Under the pieces are notes generated by a model. The model did no database searches. It saw nothing but the letters and a program-made list of their open reading frames with translations, and was not told the origin of the DNA. From the NCBI GenBank assembly GCA_902619925.1, contig CACNFY010000007.1, positions 2,294-66,293 on the forward strand: DNA of 64,000 bases. The letters run 5' to 3'. This document shows positions 51,028-62,960 of this stretch, piece after piece. This stretch comes from an uncultured Pelagibacteraceae bacterium (GTDB taxonomy: Bacteria; Pseudomonadota; Alphaproteobacteria; Pelagibacterales; Pelagibacteraceae). Position 1 is the stretch's first letter. Each line of letters starts with the position of its first letter. The position numbers and the translations under genes are program-made.

Positions 51028-51779
51028 ATATTCTGAGAAACAATTATTTTTAATTCTTTTAAAATTTTTTTTTGATACTTTTTTACAAACAAACTATGGT
51101 CTCCATTTTTAATAACTATCAATTTTTTATTTGCATTCACAAAAGTTTTTATAAGTTGCCTTGAATATGTTGTGGGGACAGCTTCGTCCTTTGAACCATG
51201 AAATAAAGTCACAGATAAATTTGTATATATTTTTTTGTTTAAAACTTTATTATTTTTTGAGTCCTTTATTAATTGATATGTAATAGGATATTCATATCCA
51301 CCATGTTTAAGATTATATATTCCGTTTTTAATAGTCTCTCTTTTCATTTTTGCGTTAAATTTTCTCCACATAACTTTTTCTAAAAACTCTGGAGCAGAAC
51401 CTATTCCAATAAAGCCCTTAATTTGATCGCTAAAAAATTGAAATTGTTTGGCAGATAACCACGATCCCATACTAGATCCAACTAAAATAAATTTCCTCTT
51501 CTTTAGTATTTTTTTAATGGCTATTTTAACCTGGTTGCTCCATTTAGTGATATTTCCATTAGTGAATTTGCCTGATGATTTTCCGTGTCCTGAATATTCT
51601 ATGGCTAAAAATCCAATCTTTTGTCTTGAACAAAACTTACTTAATACTTTTGGTTTTTCACCATCAATGTCAGACATAAAACCATGAAGAAAAACTATAT
51701 TAATATTCTTCTTTAAGTTGTTAGTAAGGTATCTTATCTTGATATTTTTTGATATTTTTAAGTATTTAATTTTGTTCAT
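51024..51779 (-). CDS. alpha/beta hydrolase
   Basis: FLHGFMSD, YSGHG.S, GSSMG, HGSKD, GDH. Confidence 0.88.
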   Translation of the reverse strand: MNKIKYLKISKNIKIRYLTNNLKKNINIVFLHGFMSDIDGEKPKVLSKFCSRQKIGFLAIEYSGHGKSSGKFTNGNITKWSNQVKIAIKKILKKRKFILVGSSMGSWLSAKQFQFFSDQIKGFIGIGSAPEFLEKVMWRKFNAKMKRETIKNGIYNLKHGGYEYPITYQLIKDSKNNKVLNKKIYTNLSVTLFHGSKDEAVPTTYSRQLIKTFVNANKKLIVIKNGDHSLFVKKYQKKILKELKIIVSQNI

Positions 51780-51821
51780 ATAAGTTTATTAGAATTCTTA
51801 CTTAATATATAAATAATCAAA

Positions 51822-52976
51822 ATGTCATCAAAAAAAAAAGTTTTACAAGTGATCCCGAAACTTGGCTATGGTGGAGCAGAAACAGGTTGTTTTGATTTAG
51901 CACACTATTTACACGAAAATAAATTCGGTTCATATATAGCCACAAGTGGAGGTCCACTAATTAAATATATTAACAAAAAGAAAGTAAAGGTATTAAGACT
52001 ACCAGTACAAAGTAAAAATCCTATTATGATATTGATCAATTCTCTAATTTTATCATTAATAATTGTTTTTCTTAATATCGATATTGTACATGCAAGAAGT
52101 AGAGCACCAGCTTGGTCATGCTTCATTGCTACAAAAATAACAAGAAGAAAATTCGTAACTACATTCCACGGAACATACAATTTTAAAAGTTCACTAAAAA
52201 AGTGGTACAATTCAGTAATGGTAAGATCTGATTTAGTAATTGCAGGTTCAAATTTTATATTTTCACATATTAAAGAAAATTATTCAAAATACTTATATAC
52301 AAAAAAAAAATTTTTAGTAATTTTTAGGGGAATAAATACTGATTACTTTGATCCAAAAAAAATTAAAGATACAGATAAAAAATTATTAAAAAAAAAATGG
52401 AATATAGAAGAAAGCAAAAAAATTATTTTATTACCAGGCAGGCTTACCGAATGGAAAGGACAGGAAATATTTATTGAGGCGATAAATATTCTAAAGAAAT
52501 CTTTACCAGATTTAGACTTTGTTGCAATAATATTAGGTAGTGATCAAGGAAGAAAAATTTATAAAAAAAAACTTTTTAGACTTGTGGAACAATACAGATT
52601 AAATAATGAAATTATTTTTGTTGATCATTTAGAGTTGATGCCAATAGCTTATGAAATATCAGATGTTGTAGTCTCATCGTCTGTTGAACCTGAGGCTTTT
52701 GGAAGAATTTCTGTTGAAGCGCAATCAATGGAAAAACCAATTATTGCGAGTAATATTGGCGGTTCAAATGAAACAATAATAAATAATAAAACAGGCTTTT
52801 TATTTGAGGCTGGTAACTCAAAAAATTTAGGAGCAAAATTAAGCGAAATACTTAATTTAAGCGAGGTTACACTTAATGGTATAGGTACTGAGGGAAGAAA
52901 AAACGTTATCAAAAAATTTAATGTTGAAAAAATGTGTAATAGTACTTATTCAGAGTACAAAAAACTTTTAGATTAA
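51822..52976 (+). CDS. glycosyltransferase family 4
   Basis: GGAE, HARSRAPAW, GRLTEWKGQ, EAFGRISVEAQ. Confidence 0.9.
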   Translation: MSSKKKVLQVIPKLGYGGAETGCFDLAHYLHENKFGSYIATSGGPLIKYINKKKVKVLRLPVQSKNPIMILINSLILSLIIVFLNIDIVHARSRAPAWSCFIATKITRRKFVTTFHGTYNFKSSLKKWYNSVMVRSDLVIAGSNFIFSHIKENYSKYLYTKKKFLVIFRGINTDYFDPKKIKDTDKKLLKKKWNIEESKKIILLPGRLTEWKGQEIFIEAINILKKSLPDLDFVAIILGSDQGRKIYKKKLFRLVEQYRLNNEIIFVDHLELMPIAYEISDVVVSSSVEPEAFGRISVEAQSMEKPIIASNIGGSNETIINNKTGFLFEAGNSKNLGAKLSEILNLSEVTLNGIGTEGRKNVIKKFNVEKMCNSTYSEYKKLLD

Positions 52977-54889
52977 TGCCAAATATAAAATTACCAGATG
53001 GAAATCAGCTCAGCTTTTCAAAAGCTGTTAATGGATCCCAGATCGCTGAAAAAATAAGTAGCTCATTATCAAAACAGGCACTTATAATGGAGGTAAATGG
53101 GCAGCTTAAAGATTTAAGCTTTTTAATAGAAAAAGATTCTACAGTAAAAATTTTTACTTCAAAAAATATAGAGGGCGTTGAGACTATTAGACACGATACA
53201 GCACATATTCTTGCAATGGCTGTCCAAGAATTATTTCCTGGAACTCAAGTTACGATTGGACCAGTAATTGAAAATGGATTTTATTATGATTTTGCAAGAA
53301 AAGATCCTTTTACTCAAGATGACTTAAGAAAAATTGAAAAAAAAATGGAAGAAATTGTTGATAGAGATGAAGTTACTAAAAGAGAGGTTTGGGATAGAGA
53401 AAAAGCAATTAAACATTTTCAAAAAAAAGGAGAAATTTATAAAGCTAAAATCATTGAAAGCATCCCTGATAAAGAGGAGATATCCATATACTTTCATGGG
53501 GATTGGCATGATCTTTGCAGAGGTCCACATTTATCCTCTACAGGAAAAATAGGAAAACATTTTAAATTGATGAAAGTCGCTGGAGCTTATTGGAGAGGAG
53601 ACTCTAATAATGAAATGTTACAAAGAATCTATGGTACTGCATGGCCATCAAAAAAGGAACTTGATCAATATTTAAAAAATTTAGAAGAGGCAGAAAAAAG
53701 AGACCATAGAAAATTGGGTAAAGAAATGGATTTATTTCATTTCAGAGAAGAAAGCCCTGGATCAGTTTTCTGGCATCAGAAAGGATGGAAATTATTTCAA
53801 AAACTAGTTTCTTATATGAGAGAAAAGCAAAATTATGCAGGCTATGATGAAATTAATACTCCAGAAATTTTGGATAGATCCTTGTGGGAAAAATCAGGTC
53901 ATTGGGAAAAATTTGGTGACAACATGTATACATCAACTACTCCTGATGAAAAAGTTTTTGCAATTAAACCTATGAATTGCCCAGGATGTGTACAGGTTTT
54001 TAATCAAGGTCTAAAAAGTTATAGAGACTTACCACTAAAAATGTCAGAATTTGGAAAAGTTCACAGATATGAACCATCCGGCGCATTACATGGGTTATTA
54101 AGGGTAAGAGCTTTTACTCAAGATGATGCACATATTTTCTGTACAGAAGAACAGATAACGGAAGAATGTTTATCTGTAACTAAGCTTATATTGGATATTT
54201 ATAAAGATTTAGGCTTTGAAAATATTATTCTAAAATATTCAGATAGACCAGAGGTGAGAGTTGGGGAGGATGAGGTTTGGGACAAATCAGAGGAAGCCTT
54301 ACAGAAAGCTATAAAAAAAACAGGTTTAGAATACTCTATTAATAAAGGAGAAGGGGCTTTTTACGGTCCAAAAATAGAATTTGTACTTAGAGATGCAATA
54401 GGAAGAGACTGGCAATGTGGAACATTACAAGTAGATTTAAATCTTCCTGGAAGACTTGGTGCAAGTTATGTGGATAAAGATGGAGGTAAAAAAGTTCCCG
54501 TGATGTTGCATAGAGCTTTATTTGGATCACTAGAGAGATTTATCGGAATTTTAATTGAACATTATTCAGGTAAATTACCTTTTTGGATATCACCTTTACA
54601 AACAATGGTTATACCTGTATCAGATGAATTTGATAATTATGCTCAAAGTGTTAATAAAGAACTTAGAGCAGTTGGTATATCAAGTGAAGTAGATCTTAAA
54701 AATCATAACTTAAATTATAAAATTAGAGAACATTCTTTGAAAAAAATCCCATTATTATTGATTTGTGGAAAAAAAGAAGTTGACTCTAATACCGTAACTA
54801 TTAGAAGGTTAGATTCTAATAAACAAGAAAATATGCAACTAAAAGAATTTAAAAATAAATTTTCTCTTTTAAGCAAAGCTCCTATTTAA
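52976..54889 (+). CDS. thrS: threonine-tRNA ligase
   Basis: TGS domain, DLCRGPH, KPMNCP, FTQDDAH, HRA. Confidence 0.98.
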   Translation: MPNIKLPDGNQLSFSKAVNGSQIAEKISSSLSKQALIMEVNGQLKDLSFLIEKDSTVKIFTSKNIEGVETIRHDTAHILAMAVQELFPGTQVTIGPVIENGFYYDFARKDPFTQDDLRKIEKKMEEIVDRDEVTKREVWDREKAIKHFQKKGEIYKAKIIESIPDKEEISIYFHGDWHDLCRGPHLSSTGKIGKHFKLMKVAGAYWRGDSNNEMLQRIYGTAWPSKKELDQYLKNLEEAEKRDHRKLGKEMDLFHFREESPGSVFWHQKGWKLFQKLVSYMREKQNYAGYDEINTPEILDRSLWEKSGHWEKFGDNMYTSTTPDEKVFAIKPMNCPGCVQVFNQGLKSYRDLPLKMSEFGKVHRYEPSGALHGLLRVRAFTQDDAHIFCTEEQITEECLSVTKLILDIYKDLGFENIILKYSDRPEVRVGEDEVWDKSEEALQKAIKKTGLEYSINKGEGAFYGPKIEFVLRDAIGRDWQCGTLQVDLNLPGRLGASYVDKDGGKKVPVMLHRALFGSLERFIGILIEHYSGKLPFWISPLQTMVIPVSDEFDNYAQSVNKELRAVGISSEVDLKNHNLNYKIREHSLKKIPLLLICGKKEVDSNTVTIRRLDSNKQENMQLKEFKNKFSLLSKAPI

Positions 54890-54892
54890 TAA

Positions 54893-55438
54893 GTGCCATT
54901 TCCTAAACAAAATTATTTTCAAAGAAGAACAAAGCCAAAGGGTCCAAGAGCTAACAGCAGAATAACTTCACCAGAAGTTCAAGTCATAAATTCAGATGGA
55001 ATGAACTTAGGTATATTAAATTTACAAGAAGCAATTTCAAAAGCAAAAAATGAAAATTTAGATTTAATTGAAATCGCTCCAAATGCAAAACCACCTGTAT
55101 GTAAAATTATGGATATGGGTAAATACAAATACGATCAGCAAAAAAAAATTAATAAGGCAAAAAAAAAACAAAAGAAAATTGAATTAAAAGAAATTAAATT
55201 ACGACCAGTTACAGAGGTGCATGATTATACTTTTAAAATTAAAAATGCTCAGAAGTTTCTGTCAAAAGGGGATAAAGTTAAATTTACTATTAGATTTAAA
55301 GGTAGAGAAATGCAACATGCTAACTTAGGAAACGATCTCATGGAAAAAATTAAAGAGGATATGAAGAATATTGGCAAAGTTGAGCTTCATCCGAAATTTG
55401 ATGGCAAACAAATGATAATGGTTATCCAGCCTTTATAA
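54893..55438 (+). CDS. infC: translation initiation factor IF-3
   Basis: LDLIEIAPNAKPPVCKIMDMGKYKY, KEIKLRP, FKGRE; GTG start. Confidence 0.96.
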   Translation: MPFPKQNYFQRRTKPKGPRANSRITSPEVQVINSDGMNLGILNLQEAISKAKNENLDLIEIAPNAKPPVCKIMDMGKYKYDQQKKINKAKKKQKKIELKEIKLRPVTEVHDYTFKIKNAQKFLSKGDKVKFTIRFKGREMQHANLGNDLMEKIKEDMKNIGKVELHPKFDGKQMIMVIQPL

Positions 55439-55451
55439 GCAATAATTGCTG

Positions 55452-55480
55452 TTGTAAATTTTAATTTTACTTAGTATAAA
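55452..55480 (+). promoter_or_regulatory. putative sigma70 promoter for rpmI-rplT
   Basis: TTGTAA-N17-TATAAA, 10 nt before the ATG. Confidence 0.5.
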
Positions 55481-55490
55481 CCCTGAAATT

Positions 55491-55697
55491 ATGCCAAAAT
55501 TAAAAACAAAAAGCTCAGCAAAAAAAAGGTTTAAAATTTCAGCAAGAGGTAAAGTAATAATGGCACAGGCTGGAAAAAGGCATGGAATGATAAAAAGAAC
55601 AAACTCACAGATTAGAAAGCAAAGAGGCACAACTGTAATGTCAAAGCAAGATGGAAAAATCGTTAAGTCTTACATGCCTTACAGTTTAAGAGGATAA
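55491..55697 (+). CDS. rpmI: 50S ribosomal protein L35
   Basis: [15 protein letters not shown]. Confidence 0.96.
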   Translation: MPKLKTKSSAKKRFKISARGKVIMAQAGKRHGMIKRTNSQIRKQRGTTVMSKQDGKIVKSYMPYSLRG

Positions 55698-55698
55698 T

Positions 55699-56055
55699 AT
55701 GGCAAGGGTAAAAAGAGGAGTTACAAGCAAAGCTAAACATAAAAAAGTTCTTAAAGCTGTAAAAGGTCAGTGGGGAAGAAGAAAAAATACCATTAGAGTT
55801 GCAAGGCAAGCTATGGAAAAAGCTATGCAATATGCTTATAGAGATAGAAGAAACAAGAAAAGAGAATTTAAATCACTTTGGATACAGAGAATCAATGCAG
55901 GTGTAAGACAAGAAGGCTTAACATATTCCAAATTTATTAATGGATTGAACAAATCAGGAATAAAAATTGATAGAAAGATTTTGGCTGAAATCGCATATGA
56001 CAATCCAGAGGCCTTTAAAACCATTGTAAAAAAAGCTCAAGCTGCACTTAATTAA
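55699..56055 (+). CDS. rplT: 50S ribosomal protein L20
   Basis: [22 protein letters not shown]. Confidence 0.97.
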   Translation: MARVKRGVTSKAKHKKVLKAVKGQWGRRKNTIRVARQAMEKAMQYAYRDRRNKKREFKSLWIQRINAGVRQEGLTYSKFINGLNKSGIKIDRKILAEIAYDNPEAFKTIVKKAQAALN

Positions 56056-56102
56056 CAATCATTGGCTATTGTTTTTATTTGTTTAAGAAATAATCTGTAA
56101 TA

Positions 56103-57170
56103 ATGACAGAATTTGAAAAAAAAATATTTGAGGTTAAAGAAAAAATAAAAAATTCAAAAAATCTATCTGAATTAACCAAAATAAGTTCTGAAATATTTAG
56201 TAAAAATGGAATAATAAATTTAGAATTTAAAAAGCTTGGATCTTTGCCTCCAGATGAAAGAAAAAATTTTGCTGCTAATATAAACAGTGTAAAGAAAGAT
56301 CTTTCAGAAATTTTCTCAAAAAAATCAAATGAAGTTTTAGATAAAGAAATTATTGATAAAGTTAATAATGAAAAAATCGATATTACTTTGCCTGAAAAAG
56401 ATTTTAAAATAGGAAAAGTTCACCCAGTTTCTCAAGTAATTGACGAAATATCATCAATCTTCTCAGAAATAGGATTTACAGTTGAAGAGGGGCCAGATGT
56501 TGAAAATGACTATAATAATTTTACAGCACTTAATACACCTGAAAATCATCCAGCAAAAGATATGCACGATACCTTTTATCTAGATCAAGATATGAAAACA
56601 TTGCTAAGAACTCATACTTCTCCAGTACAGGTACGAACTATGCTTAAAGACAAACCACCCTTTAAAATTATAGCCCCAGGAAGAACGTATAGAAGTGACA
56701 GTGACCAAACTCATACTCCAATGTTTCATCAGTTAGAGGGTCTTCACATTGATAAAAATATAAACATGGGTCACTTAAAGGGTTGTCTCAATTATTTTAT
56801 AAAAGAATTTTTTGAGGTTGATAAAATAAAGATGAGATTTCGTCCTAGTCATTTCCCTTTCACTGAACCTTCAGCAGAAGTAGATATAGGTTACAGACTT
56901 GAAAACAACAAAATAATAATTGGAGAGGGAAACAAATGGCTTGAAATATTAGGATGTGGAATGGTCCACCCAAATGTTTTAAAAAACTGCAAGGTTGATC
57001 ATAAAAAATTTCAAGGTTTCGCTTTTGGTATAGGTATAGACAGACTCGCAATGTTAAAATATGGAATTAATGATTTAAGATCTTTTTTTGAATGCGATTA
57101 TAGATGGTTAAATCATTATGGTTTTGATCCATTAGATGTTCCAACTAATTATAGAGGATTAAGCAGATGA
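56103..57170 (+). CDS. pheS: phenylalanine-tRNA ligase alpha subunit
   Basis: [28 protein letters not shown]. Confidence 0.97.
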   Translation: MTEFEKKIFEVKEKIKNSKNLSELTKISSEIFSKNGIINLEFKKLGSLPPDERKNFAANINSVKKDLSEIFSKKSNEVLDKEIIDKVNNEKIDITLPEKDFKIGKVHPVSQVIDEISSIFSEIGFTVEEGPDVENDYNNFTALNTPENHPAKDMHDTFYLDQDMKTLLRTHTSPVQVRTMLKDKPPFKIIAPGRTYRSDSDQTHTPMFHQLEGLHIDKNINMGHLKGCLNYFIKEFFEVDKIKMRFRPSHFPFTEPSAEVDIGYRLENNKIIIGEGNKWLEILGCGMVHPNVLKNCKVDHKKFQGFAFGIGIDRLAMLKYGINDLRSFFECDYRWLNHYGFDPLDVPTNYRGLSR

Positions 57171-59548
57171 AATTTACAAAGGATTGGTTAAGTGATCACT
57201 TACATACAAATAAAAGTGAGGAGCAAATAATTGAGAAACTCAACGGAATTGGTCTAGAAGTTGAAAAGGTGGAACAATCAAAAAACGAATTAAGCAGTTT
57301 TATAGTCGCAAAAATTGTTAAAGCTAGTAAGCATCCTAATGCAGATAGATTGAAGTTATGTGATGTGGATATAGGTGATAAAAAAATAATTAAAGTAGTT
57401 TGTGGGGCTTCAAATGCTCAAGATGGGTTATTAACTATATATGCTCCGCCAGGTTCGACAATACCAAAAAATGGAATGAAATTAGAAGTTTCAAAAATAA
57501 GAGGAGAGACTTCTTATGGCATGCTTTGTTCTGAGGCTGAACTAAAACTCTCCGACGAATCCGAGGGTATTATTTCATTGAGTAGCAAATATAATAATAG
57601 TGTTGGAAAACCTTATTTTAAGAGTAAAAGTAATAACAATGTTATAGAATTATCTATTACACCAAATAGACCAGATTGCTTGGGCGTCAGAGGAATAGCT
57701 AGAGATCTTTTTGCAAGTGGTATGGGTAATTTAAAAGAAATAACGAAAACAAAATTTAAAAAAAATTCAAAGCATAATTTAAAAGTAAAAATAGAGAAAA
57801 GTAAAAATCAAGCTTGCTCAATATTTGGAAGCTGCCTTATTAAAAATATATCTAACAAGGAAAGTCCAAGTTGGTTAAAAGAAAGAATTTTAGCATTAGG
57901 TTTAAGACCAATATCTGCAGTTGTAGATATTACAAACTATGTAATGTTTGATTTAAACAGACCACTCCACGCATATGACTTAGATAAAATTAAAAATTCA
58001 ATTACAGTACGAAATTCGAAAAAAGGTGAAACACTCAAGGCGCTAGATAATAAAACATATACATTAAAAGAGAATATGTGTGTGATTTCTGATGACGAGG
58101 GTGCCCTTGGCTTGGGTGGGATAATTGGAGGAGTCAGATCAGGGACAGAATTAGAAACAAAAAATATTTTAATAGAGTCGGCATATTTTGATCCTAGTAT
58201 TACAAGAAAGACCTCTAAAGAATTAGAAATAAATACTGATGCTAAATTTAGATTTGAAAGAGGAATAGACCCTGAATCAGTTGAAGAGGGATTAGCGATG
58301 GCTACTAAATTAATAACTGAAATATGTGGTGGCGAGGTATCAAATTTTGATATTCAACAAATACAAAAATTCAAAAAAAAAATAATAAAATTTGATACTA
58401 AATTAGTATCTAAAACAATTGGTATTAAAGTTAGTGAAAAACAGATTATTAAAATTTTAACAAGATTAGGTTTTGAAACAAATAAGAAAAGTAAATTAAT
58501 TGAAATAAAGATACCAACCTGGAGACCAGATATATTTGGAGATATTGATTTGGTTGAAGAAGTTATTAGAATTTTAGGATTTGATAATATTGAGTCTATA
58601 GAGCCTGAAAAAATTAGAACCAAACCAACATTAAATTTTTATCAAAAACATTTTCATTTAGCTCAAAGATCAGTAGCATCTAAAGGATATTATGAAACTA
58701 TAACATGGTCTTTTACTAGTGAGAGCATGAATAATAAATTTAAAGAGAATTACGAGACTATAAAAATATTTAATCCTATTAGTTCTGATCTTGGAGTTTT
58801 AAGAAATTCATTATACCCAAACTTGATCTATTACATGGAAAAAAATTTAAATAGAGGTTTAGGAGAACAATCTTTATTTGAGATTGGCCCTGTCTTCACA
58901 GGAAAAAAACCCGGAAATCAAATTACAGTTATTTGTGGTATTAAGAATAAAATTTACGATGAAAAAAATCACGAGAAATCTGATTATTTTGACGTATTTG
59001 ATATAAAAAAAGATCTTATTCAAACACTTGTTGAACTTGGAGTAGATAAAGAGGAGATGTTTATTGATGATAAATCACCCACTTATTATCATCCTGGCAT
59101 TTCTGGTTTAATTTCATCATTGGATCGTAAATTCGTGTTAGCATATTTTGGTCAAATACATCCGAAAATAACACCTCTGTCCTACGGTTTTGAGATTTTT
59201 TTAGAAAACTTAGTAAATTTTAAAAGCATTAACAAAAAGAATAAAGGAAGTCTTTTGTTATCTGAATACCAAAAATCAGAAAGGGATTTTGCTTTTTTAG
59301 TTAATAAAAAAACTAAATCACAAATATTAGTTGATGCAATCAAAAATACAGACAATTCATTAATCAAAAATATAAAAATATTTGACGTTTATGAGGGTGA
59401 AAATATACCAGAAGATAAAAAATCTATTGCACTTAAAGTAACAATTCAGTCAAATAGTAAGACTTTAAATGATAGTGATTTAACAAGCATAACTGATAAA
59501 ATAGTCAAATCTGTTGAAGAAAAAACTGGCGCAAAATTAAGATCTTAA
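57167..59548 (+). CDS. pheT: phenylalanine-tRNA ligase beta subunit
   Basis: [32 protein letters not shown]. Confidence 0.97.
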   Translation: MKFTKDWLSDHLHTNKSEEQIIEKLNGIGLEVEKVEQSKNELSSFIVAKIVKASKHPNADRLKLCDVDIGDKKIIKVVCGASNAQDGLLTIYAPPGSTIPKNGMKLEVSKIRGETSYGMLCSEAELKLSDESEGIISLSSKYNNSVGKPYFKSKSNNNVIELSITPNRPDCLGVRGIARDLFASGMGNLKEITKTKFKKNSKHNLKVKIEKSKNQACSIFGSCLIKNISNKESPSWLKERILALGLRPISAVVDITNYVMFDLNRPLHAYDLDKIKNSITVRNSKKGETLKALDNKTYTLKENMCVISDDEGALGLGGIIGGVRSGTELETKNILIESAYFDPSITRKTSKELEINTDAKFRFERGIDPESVEEGLAMATKLITEICGGEVSNFDIQQIQKFKKKIIKFDTKLVSKTIGIKVSEKQIIKILTRLGFETNKKSKLIEIKIPTWRPDIFGDIDLVEEVIRILGFDNIESIEPEKIRTKPTLNFYQKHFHLAQRSVASKGYYETITWSFTSESMNNKFKENYETIKIFNPISSDLGVLRNSLYPNLIYYMEKNLNRGLGEQSLFEIGPVFTGKKPGNQITVICGIKNKIYDEKNHEKSDYFDVFDIKKDLIQTLVELGVDKEEMFIDDKSPTYYHPGISGLISSLDRKFVLAYFGQIHPKITPLSYGFEIFLENLVNFKSINKKNKGSLLLSEYQKSERDFAFLVNKKTKSQILVDAIKNTDNSLIKNIKIFDVYEGENIPEDKKSIALKVTIQSNSKTLNDSDLTSITDKIVKSVEEKTGAKLRS

Positions 59549-59549
59549 A

Positions 59550-61358
59550 ATGTCATCAATTGAAAATATTAGAAATTTTGCAATTATTGCCCATATAGAT
59601 CATGGCAAATCAACAATAGCAGACAGGATTATACATAAATGTGGAGGACTAACTGAGCGAGAAATGAAAGCTCAAGTTTTAGATTCTATGGATATCGAAC
59701 GAGAGAGAGGAATTACTATTAAAGCTCAAACAGTTAAATTAAACTACAAATCAAAATCTGGTGAAAACTATACTCTGAATATTATTGATACGCCAGGTCA
59801 TGTTGATTTTAGTTATGAGGTGAGTAGATCTTTGTACGCATGTGAAGGATCGATATTAATTGTAGATAGCACCCAAGGTGTTGAAGCACAAACCCTGGCT
59901 AATGTTTACCAAGCTCTAGAATCTAACCATGAAATCATTCCAATTTTAAATAAAATAGATCTACCCGCATCAGATCTTGAGAGATCAAATAAGCAAATTG
60001 AGGAAGTTATAGGCATCGATACAAAGAACTCTATTCCCTGCTCAGGTAAAACTGGTGAAGGCATAGATGAAATTTTAGAAAAGATTATCGAAATACTTCC
60101 ATGCCCTACAGGTAAAATAAAAGAAAAGTTAAAATGTTTATTGGTTGATAGTTGGTATGATACTTACCTAGGAGTTGTTATTTTAGTAAGAATTATTGAT
60201 GGCAAATTAAAAAAAAATATGAAAATTAAGATGATGTCTAATAAAAAAGAATATATTGTTGAGAAAGTTGGTGTATTTACTCCTAAAGCAAAAGATACTG
60301 AAGAATTAAATGCTGGTGAAATTGGATTTATAACTACAGGAATAAAAGAACTTTCTGAGACAAAAGTTGGAGACACGATTTGTGACGCAAATGATCCTTT
60401 AAAAGAAGCACTTCCAGGATTTAAGCCTAGTAAGCCTGTTGTTTTTTGTGGTCTTTTTCCAGTAGATAGCTCAGAGTATCAAAAACTAAAAGATGGATTA
60501 GCAAAGTTAAAGTTGAATGATGCTAGTTTTACTTATGAGGCAGAAACTTCTTCTGCATTAGGTCTAGGGTTTAGGTGTGGATTTTTAGGATTACTACATC
60601 TTGAAATTGTAACAGAAAGGCTCGAGAGAGAATTCGATATAAACTTATTAACCACAACACCAGGTGTTGTCTATAAGGTACATATGAACAATGGAGAGGT
60701 TAAAAACTTACAAAATCCATCAAACTTACCTGATCCTACTTTAATCAAATTTATAGAGGAGCCATGGATTAAAGCTACAATAATTACACCTGATCAGTTC
60801 TTAGGTTCCATTATGAAGCTTTGTCAAAGTAAAAGAGGCATTCAGACTAATTTAAGTTACTCTGGAAATAGAGCGGTAATTAACTATGAGGTACCATTAA
60901 ATGAGGTAGTTTTTGATTTTAATGATAGATTAAAATCCATGACAAGCGGATATGCAAGTTTTGATTATGAAATTATTGGACATAAGGAAGGTGATCTTGT
61001 CAAAATGGGAATACTCGTCAACTCTGAGCCAGTCGATGCACTAGCTATGATGGTTCATAAAGATTTTGCGCAGTCAATAGGTAGAGAAGTATGTGAAAAA
61101 TTAAAGGATTTAATCCCTAGACATAATTTCATGATACCTGTTCAAGCAGCTATCGGTGGAAAAATTATCGCGAGAGAAACTATCAAAGGTTTTAAAAAAG
61201 ATGTATTAACTAAAATTCATGGAGGTGGTGCACGAGATAGAAAAAGAAAATTACTTGATAAACAAAAAAAAGGGAAGGCAAGATCAAAACAATTTGGAAA
61301 AGTAGAGATACCTCAAGAGGCCTTCATTGGTGTTTTAAAAATTAGCAAGGAAATCTAA
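59550..61358 (+). CDS. lepA: elongation factor 4 (LepA)
   Basis: [35 protein letters not shown]. Confidence 0.98.
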   Translation: MSSIENIRNFAIIAHIDHGKSTIADRIIHKCGGLTEREMKAQVLDSMDIERERGITIKAQTVKLNYKSKSGENYTLNIIDTPGHVDFSYEVSRSLYACEGSILIVDSTQGVEAQTLANVYQALESNHEIIPILNKIDLPASDLERSNKQIEEVIGIDTKNSIPCSGKTGEGIDEILEKIIEILPCPTGKIKEKLKCLLVDSWYDTYLGVVILVRIIDGKLKKNMKIKMMSNKKEYIVEKVGVFTPKAKDTEELNAGEIGFITTGIKELSETKVGDTICDANDPLKEALPGFKPSKPVVFCGLFPVDSSEYQKLKDGLAKLKLNDASFTYEAETSSALGLGFRCGFLGLLHLEIVTERLEREFDINLLTTTPGVVYKVHMNNGEVKNLQNPSNLPDPTLIKFIEEPWIKATIITPDQFLGSIMKLCQSKRGIQTNLSYSGNRAVINYEVPLNEVVFDFNDRLKSMTSGYASFDYEIIGHKEGDLVKMGILVNSEPVDALAMMVHKDFAQSIGREVCEKLKDLIPRHNFMIPVQAAIGGKIIARETIKGFKKDVLTKIHGGGARDRKRKLLDKQKKGKARSKQFGKVEIPQEAFIGVLKISKEI

Positions 61359-62171
61359 GTGATTTATGATTGCTTTTCATATTGGGATGAAGATTTATTA
61401 CTCGAATTAAGATTAAATACACTAAATGAAATTGTTGATTTTTTTATCATAGTCGAAGGTAATAAGACATGGCAAAATAATCCAAAAAAATTTAGATTTA
61501 ATATTGAGAAGTTTTTAAAATTTAAGAGTAAAATTATTTATATAAAGGTAGAAGATCTTCCAGACGGAGACGATCCTTACAAGAGAGAAAATCATCAAAG
61601 AAATTGTATTTCAAGAGGCTTAACTAAAGCAAAATCAGATGACATTATTATGATATCAGATTTAGATGAGATTCCTAACCCGCATGAAATAAAACAGTTT
61701 AATAAAGAAATGAGATTTGCCGCTTTTAAACAAAAAAATTTTAATTATAAATTTAATCTTTTAAGTAAAAATAACCCAGACTGGATAGGTACAAGAATTT
61801 GCATTTACAAATATCTTAAGTCACCACAATGGCTTAGAGAATTAAAATTTAAAAAACGTCCATTTTGGAGGATAGATAAAATGAGATTGAATAATATTAT
61901 TCAGAACGGTGGATGGCATTTTTGTAATCTCAAAACTCCAGAGGAACTTTTATATAAATATAAAAATTTGTGTGAAACAAATGACCCAATTAATTTTAAT
62001 GAAAAAATAGATGATAAATATTTAAATGTTAACGAAATTTCAAATAGATTAAAAAGTGGACTAGATATAATCGGGAGAAACGATAAATTTAATAAAATTG
62101 AAATAGACAATACATTTCCAAGATATTTAATTAATAACCTTAAAAATTATTCAAATTGGATTGAATTATAA
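61359..62171 (+). CDS. GT17-like glycosyltransferase
   Basis: IYDCF...E..LL..RL, E...T, E.HQRN, SDLDEIP, GGWHF. Confidence 0.75.
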   Translation: MIYDCFSYWDEDLLLELRLNTLNEIVDFFIIVEGNKTWQNNPKKFRFNIEKFLKFKSKIIYIKVEDLPDGDDPYKRENHQRNCISRGLTKAKSDDIIMISDLDEIPNPHEIKQFNKEMRFAAFKQKNFNYKFNLLSKNNPDWIGTRICIYKYLKSPQWLRELKFKKRPFWRIDKMRLNNIIQNGGWHFCNLKTPEELLYKYKNLCETNDPINFNEKIDDKYLNVNEISNRLKSGLDIIGRNDKFNKIEIDNTFPRYLINNLKNYSNWIEL

Positions 62172-62906
62172 AAAAATTTGCTCATCGGTAAAACAAATTA
62201 AATTTTCATTAAGCTGAAAATATTTATATTTTTTCTCATCTAAATTTTTTATTACCTTAGAAAAAATATCATGTTTTATGTGAATAAATTCAAAAATTAA
62301 TATTGGTTTAAATTCTATATTTTTTAAAAAATCAATTACAATATTTCCGTCGTATCCTTCTGCATCGATTACTAATAAATCTAAATACTTTATATTATTT
62401 TTTTTTATTAAATCTTTAATACATAAACTCTTTACTTTTTGTTCATAAATATGCGCAGATTTAATATTATGTTTAATTAAATGGTTTCTATCCAATGAAT
62501 TTATACCTCTTACATGTTCATCGTAATTATTTAGAAATTCTTTTTTTACAAAATAAATATTAATTTCTCCACTTTTTTCAGAAATTGCACAATTTTCTAA
62601 AATTAAATTTTTTTCGTTAGAATATGTTTCTTTTAGTTGATCAAAATAATAGGGCACTGGTTCAACTAAAACACCATTAACATCAAATTCTTTAATAAAT
62701 TTGTTAATATTATCAAATCTAGATCCATCATTAGCACCTATCTGCATCAATGATTTAATTTTATTTCTCTTAAAAATATTTTCTAAACACAAGTTCATAT
62801 CAAATACTGATTTTTTACCAATTAGTCTTTGGTTTTTAACTAAATTTTTGTCAAAAAGTTTATATCCAGAGCTTTCAATAAGTTTTTTTAAAAATTTGAT
62901 TTTCAT
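62166..62906 (-). CDS. FkbM-family SAM-dependent methyltransferase
   Basis: QIGANDG, VEP, AIS, IDAEG, FE. Confidence 0.85.
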   Translation of the reverse strand: MKIKFLKKLIESSGYKLFDKNLVKNQRLIGKKSVFDMNLCLENIFKRNKIKSLMQIGANDGSRFDNINKFIKEFDVNGVLVEPVPYYFDQLKETYSNEKNLILENCAISEKSGEINIYFVKKEFLNNYDEHVRGINSLDRNHLIKHNIKSAHIYEQKVKSLCIKDLIKKNNIKYLDLLVIDAEGYDGNIVIDFLKNIEFKPILIFEFIHIKHDIFSKVIKNLDEKKYKYFQLNENLICFTDEQIFL

Positions 62907-62960
62907 CCTAATTCAATTAAATGTATTCAAAATAATGTTTATTTAAAGTTATATTTAATT

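Noticed and set aside
54893-54895. Non-canonical autoregulatory start codon of infC
   Set aside because: The only plausible in-frame start is GTG directly after an in-frame TAA; no ATT-type start is seen
1191-62946. The many 60-115 aa ORFs nested antisense or out of frame within core genes
   Set aside because: Expected shadows of long coding sequences; none has recognisable motifs or initiation signals
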